Source of the DNA: Patescibacteria group bacterium
GTDB lineage: Bacteria > Patescibacteriota > Doudnabacteria > UBA920
DNA: 32,217 bases
Assembly: GCA_028870105.1 (NCBI GenBank)
Contig: JAGWQI010000002.1
Location: 1 to 32,217, forward strand
Direction of reading: 5' to 3'
Numbering within the stretch: position 1 is the first letter of the stretch; each line of letters begins with the position of its first letter. Below, in pieces: positions 29,446-32,217 of the stretch. The notes beneath the pieces are model-generated. The model ran no database searches. It was given only the letters and a program-made list of their open reading frames with translations, and was not told where the DNA came from. Made by a program: the position numbers and the translations under genes.

Positions 29446-32217
29446 TTACTTGCCAAGCAGCTGCAATAAAAATTTACGCTTTTTGGCTATGGCAAACGCC
29501 GCGGTCATCAGGCCCGAGAACACAAAAGCGTTAGTTTCGGCCCCGGTTTTCGGCGCAATAAACGCGCCTTTAACTTGAGGGGTGTTGATGTTAATAGTCA
29601 CGGTGTTGCCGTAAGTATTGGTCATGGTGTAATTTAGGTTGTCGGCTAAGGCGTACTTTATTCGCACGCGGAAGCTTTTGCTCACGCTGCCGCCAGCCGG
29701 CACGGTAATCCCAGGGAAGCTAATCACGTTACCATTTAAACTGCCGCCGCCGTTATCCACCATATCCGCGTAAGGCAAAACCTGCGATAAGTCGTCGGTA
29801 ATAACAAAGTTATTAGCGGGCGTATTGCCGTTATTGCTCACCGTTAAGGTGTAAGTGATGAAGTCTTCTTTGGAAGCCACCACCGTCGTCGCGTCGACAT
29901 TCTTGGTATCGTTCATGGCGCGCTTGCTGTAAGTCAGGCTAACGTTACCGCCCTGGACGCTGCCGCCGCTAACGAACACCCACGCGTCATCTTGCCGCTG
30001 TGGCACGTTATCGCCGTAAACATAAGCCACGTTTTCAATGCTCGTGCTGCCGCCGGGATAAACCTGGGCGTTAAAAGTCACGCGCACGGTCTGGCCGGCA
30101 AACAAACTTCCCAAGCTCAGACTACCGCCATTCCAGTAATAGTTATAGTTGCCGCCGTAATAGCCGCTCCCGCCGCTAACACTGGTCGTACCCGCCACCC
30201 ACTGCAAGCCGTTAACGTTATTATCGGTCAAAACCACGTTGTTAACAGTCTGGTTGCCGGTGTTAGTCACATCAACCTCAAACTGTACGGTCGCGCCGGA
30301 AACCACGCTCACGCTTTTTTGGAACGTACCACCGTTAACATCGCGCACCAACTTTTGAATGCTTAACTGCTGGTACTGGGTGTACGGGATGGGGTTAGAC
30401 GGGTTGGTAGAGGCGTAGTAATAATAAGTATTCGTGTTGGTATTATTGCAGGAATTATTAACACAAGTATTAATAATCGTGCTGTTATTATTCGGATTAG
30501 GATTAGGATTCGGCTGGCTGGTAATGTTAACCTGGGCCGTGCTGCTTTGCGTCGGCGCGTTGCTGGCCGAAACCGTGGCTGTATTCACCACGTTACCGCT
30601 GCTCTGATTAATGCCGGCGCTGTATGTTATGGTCACGCTTTGATTTGCACCCAAGCTTCCCAAAGAAATATTGGGCCACGTGCCGGTATAAGTCCCGCTA
30701 ATATTTAAGTTACTCACGGTCAAGGGGTTAGTGTCGCTGACGTAGACATTCTGCGCCGCGGCCGAACCATTGTTGCGCACCACAATTTGGTACTGCACGG
30801 TGTCGCCTTGCTGGGCATAAACCATCGAGGCGTAGCCCGTGGTCTGGCTCGGACCCAAATTCTTGACCTGTTTGGTTATTGACAAGCCCGGCTGACCAGC
30901 CGGCGGGTTGCTGACCTGGACTAAAGCCTGGTCTGTTGCCGTGTTGCTGGCATTGCTGGCCGTAGCCGTGGCCGTGTTTTGAATCGAACCGCTGCTTACG
31001 TTAACCGTGGCGCGATAAATAATCAAAACCTTGCTGGTGCCCACGGTGCCAATGTTAATGCCCCCGTTGGTCAAACCCGGGGCGTGCGCGCTGCCGTTTA
31101 CGGTTAAGCTGCCCGCAACATAACTCAAGCCGGACTGGAAGGTATCGGTAACCACAACGTTATTCAAATTAACACTGGTACCGGCCCAAACCGAAATCCG
31201 GTATTCCACCGTGTCGCCGGTCTTGGCCGTGGTAATTTTCTGGAAAGACTCGTTATTGCTAACGTTGCGCACTTCCTTGGTCAAATTCACCACACCCGAA
31301 GAAGGCGAAACCTGGTTAACCGTAGCGCTGCACTGCGCGGTCTGGCTACCGCTGGTCACGATCGCGGTCTGTAAACCCGTGGCATTGTAAACCACGGTAT
31401 AGCTATTGCCCGTGGCCGAAGGCTGGGCCGAAGAATAATTACTGGTTGACCAGCTGTAATTGCCGCTGCCGCCGCTAGCCGTAAACACCACCGGGCTGCC
31501 CAAATTAACTGAGGAGGCGCTCGGGGTACAAGTCAAAGTTTGCGGATTAGCCGGACACTGGGCGCTAGCCTGCGCCTGCGCGTTGGCTTGAGCCTTAACC
31601 TGCGCCTGGCTTTGGGCCTGGCTTTGGGCCTGGTTCTGCGCGTCTTGCTGGCTAATGGAGCTAGTCGCGGTGGCTGTGGCACTGGCTGTGGCACTGGCTG
31701 TGGCCGAAGCGCCGCCCGGACAACTCGCCGTAGCACTGGCTGTGGCACTGGCTGTGGCGGTCGCCGTGTAAGTATTCGGGGTAGTTTGACAACTTTGCAC
31801 GGTAAAACTGACGTACTTGATAAGACCGCCAATGCTGGCTTCCTTTTTCCACGAACCAATGTTGGCCGCAGTCCAAGGATTGCCGGCCCGACTCCAGTAA
31901 CCGCTGCCGTTAACGGTAAAACCGTAATCGGCATTGATCTCGGAAGTGGCCGAGTTGTTTAAGTAAGAAGACCACAAGATTTTCTGACCGTAAGTGGCAG
32001 AATTCCCATTAATGGTATAAACCGGGACCTCGCCCACGCAGAAAGTGGTCTTGTTGATTGACAGAGTGTAATTAATGCTTGGTCCGGGCTGGCTGCAGCT
32101 GTCGGTCACGGTCACCGGATTGGACGTGGCAACCTTGCTTAACTGGGTCGGCGGGTTGGTTGACCAATCCACGTTCCAAATACTATAGGTATAAGTCTGG
32201 CCGGTCTGAACGTCGCT
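29446..32217 (-). CDS. Giant cell-surface protein (5' end outside the window): four DUF11-like repeat domains, low-complexity spacers, C-terminal LPXTG-type sorting signal
   Basis: The ORF stays open to the window edge (...SDVQTGQTYTYSIWNVDWSTNPP). DUF11-like units include LSITKQVKNLG..GDTVQYQIVVRNNGSAAAQNVYVSDT. The C-terminus is FIAPKTGAE + NAFVFSGLMTAAFAIA + KKRK (motif APKTG at 29542-29556). Confidence 0.85.
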   Translation of the reverse strand, partial: SDVQTGQTYTYSIWNVDWSTNPPTQLSKVATSNPVTVTDSCSQPGPSINYTLSINKTTFCVGEVPVYTINGNSATYGQKILWSSYLNNSATSEINADYGFTVNGSGYWSRAGNPWTAANIGSWKKEASIGGLIKYVSFTVQSCQTTPNTYTATATASATASATASCPGGASATASATASATATATSSISQQDAQNQAQSQAQSQAQVKAQANAQAQASAQCPANPQTLTCTPSASSVNLGSPVVFTASGGSGNYSWSTSNYSSAQPSATGNSYTVVYNATGLQTAIVTSGSQTAQCSATVNQVSPSSGVVNLTKEVRNVSNNESFQKITTAKTGDTVEYRISVWAGTSVNLNNVVVTDTFQSGLSYVAGSLTVNGSAHAPGLTNGGINIGTVGTSKVLIIYRATVNVSSGSIQNTATATASNASNTATDQALVQVSNPPAGQPGLSITKQVKNLGPSQTTGYASMVYAQQGDTVQYQIVVRNNGSAAAQNVYVSDTNPLTVSNLNISGTYTGTWPNISLGSLGANQSVTITYSAGINQSSGNVVNTATVSASNAPTQSSTAQVNITSQPNPNPNPNNNSTIINTCVNNSCNNTNTNTYYYYASTNPSNPIPYTQYQQLSIQKLVRDVNGGTFQKSVSVVSGATVQFEVDVTNTGNQTVNNVVLTDNNVNGLQWVAGTTSVSGGSGYYGGNYNYYWNGGSLSLGSLFAGQTVRVTFNAQVYPGGSTSIENVAYVYGDNVPQRQDDAWVFVSGGSVQGGNVSLTYSKRAMNDTKNVDATTVVASKEDFITYTLTVSNNGNTPANNFVITDDLSQVLPYADMVDNGGGSLNGNVISFPGITVPAGGSVSKSFRVRIKYALADNLNYTMTNTYGNTVTININTPQVKGAFIAPKTGAETNAFVFSGLMTAAFAIAKKRKFLLQLLGK
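30494..30511. repeat. Hexanucleotide repeat encoding (NP)n
   Basis: ggatta ggatta ggattc; protein QPNPNPNPNNN. Confidence 0.9.
31605..31756. repeat. 12-nt tandem repeats encoding (AQSQ)n and (ATAS)n low-complexity spacers
   Basis: cctggctttggg x2 (31605-31628). gcactggctgtg x2 at 31679-31702 and again x2 at 31733-31756, separated by a 30-nt spacer encoding SCPGGAS. Confidence 0.9.

Noticed and set aside
29269-29469. Plus-strand 66-aa ORF in the spacer between the adhesin and the disrupted surface gene.
   Set aside because: It covers a terminator hairpin and the adhesin 3' end. It has no SD and a hydrophobic/aromatic junk-like composition.
31533-31962. ORFs 31533..31934 -, 31540..31962 + and 31661..31876 - inside the giant adhesin gene.
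   Set aside because: They are alternative frames of the 12-nt repeat region. Their translations are repetitive P/R/Q/V strings generated by the repeats themselves.
19701-32217. Possibility of a diversity-generating retroelement acting on the repeat or surface proteins.
   Set aside because: No reverse transcriptase ORF is present in the window, and I could find no template/variable repeat pair with A-specific differences by eye. A computational TR/VR search would be needed to exclude it fully.

Overview
Tightly packed bacterial window, almost entirely minus-strand; the only plus-strand gene is 18126..19535.

**Layout**
- Left third: the chain ctp - alaS - pgi - orphan membrane protein. A sigma70-like promoter follows. 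Then comes the ribosomal alpha-operon block infA-rpmJ-rpsM-rpsK-rpsD-rpoA-rplQ, joined directly to rplM-rpsI.
- Middle: a Wzx/Wzy-type glycan cluster. It holds a flippase, a TagD-like cytidylyltransferase, a GT4, an O-antigen-ligase-like protein and two GT2s.
- Right half: a cell-surface / secretome island.
  - A lytic-transglycosylase-like protein.
  - A 618-aa secreted protein.
  - An S8 subtilase.
  - A polyprenyl-phosphate-type GT2.
  - A GC-rich adenylosuccinate lyase.
  - GalE with an antitoxin-like N-terminal extension.
  - A disrupted Ig/FN3 surface-protein gene.
  - A >920-aa DUF11-repeat protein with an LPXTG-type sorting signal, running off the right edge.

**Most notable observations**
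- An unnamed repeat module of about 58-60 aa occurs 12 times across three secreted proteins.
- purB looks compositionally foreign and eukaryote-type.
- One surface-protein gene carries two frameshifts and an in-frame TGA.

**Not found:** rRNA, tRNA, CRISPR array, transposase, integrase or reverse transcriptase.

**Likely source (inference only):** gene content and style are most consistent with a Patescibacteria/CPR-like reduced genome. The cues are a truncated AlaRS, a short PGI, K/A-rich tails on ribosomal proteins, and many secreted repeat proteins.
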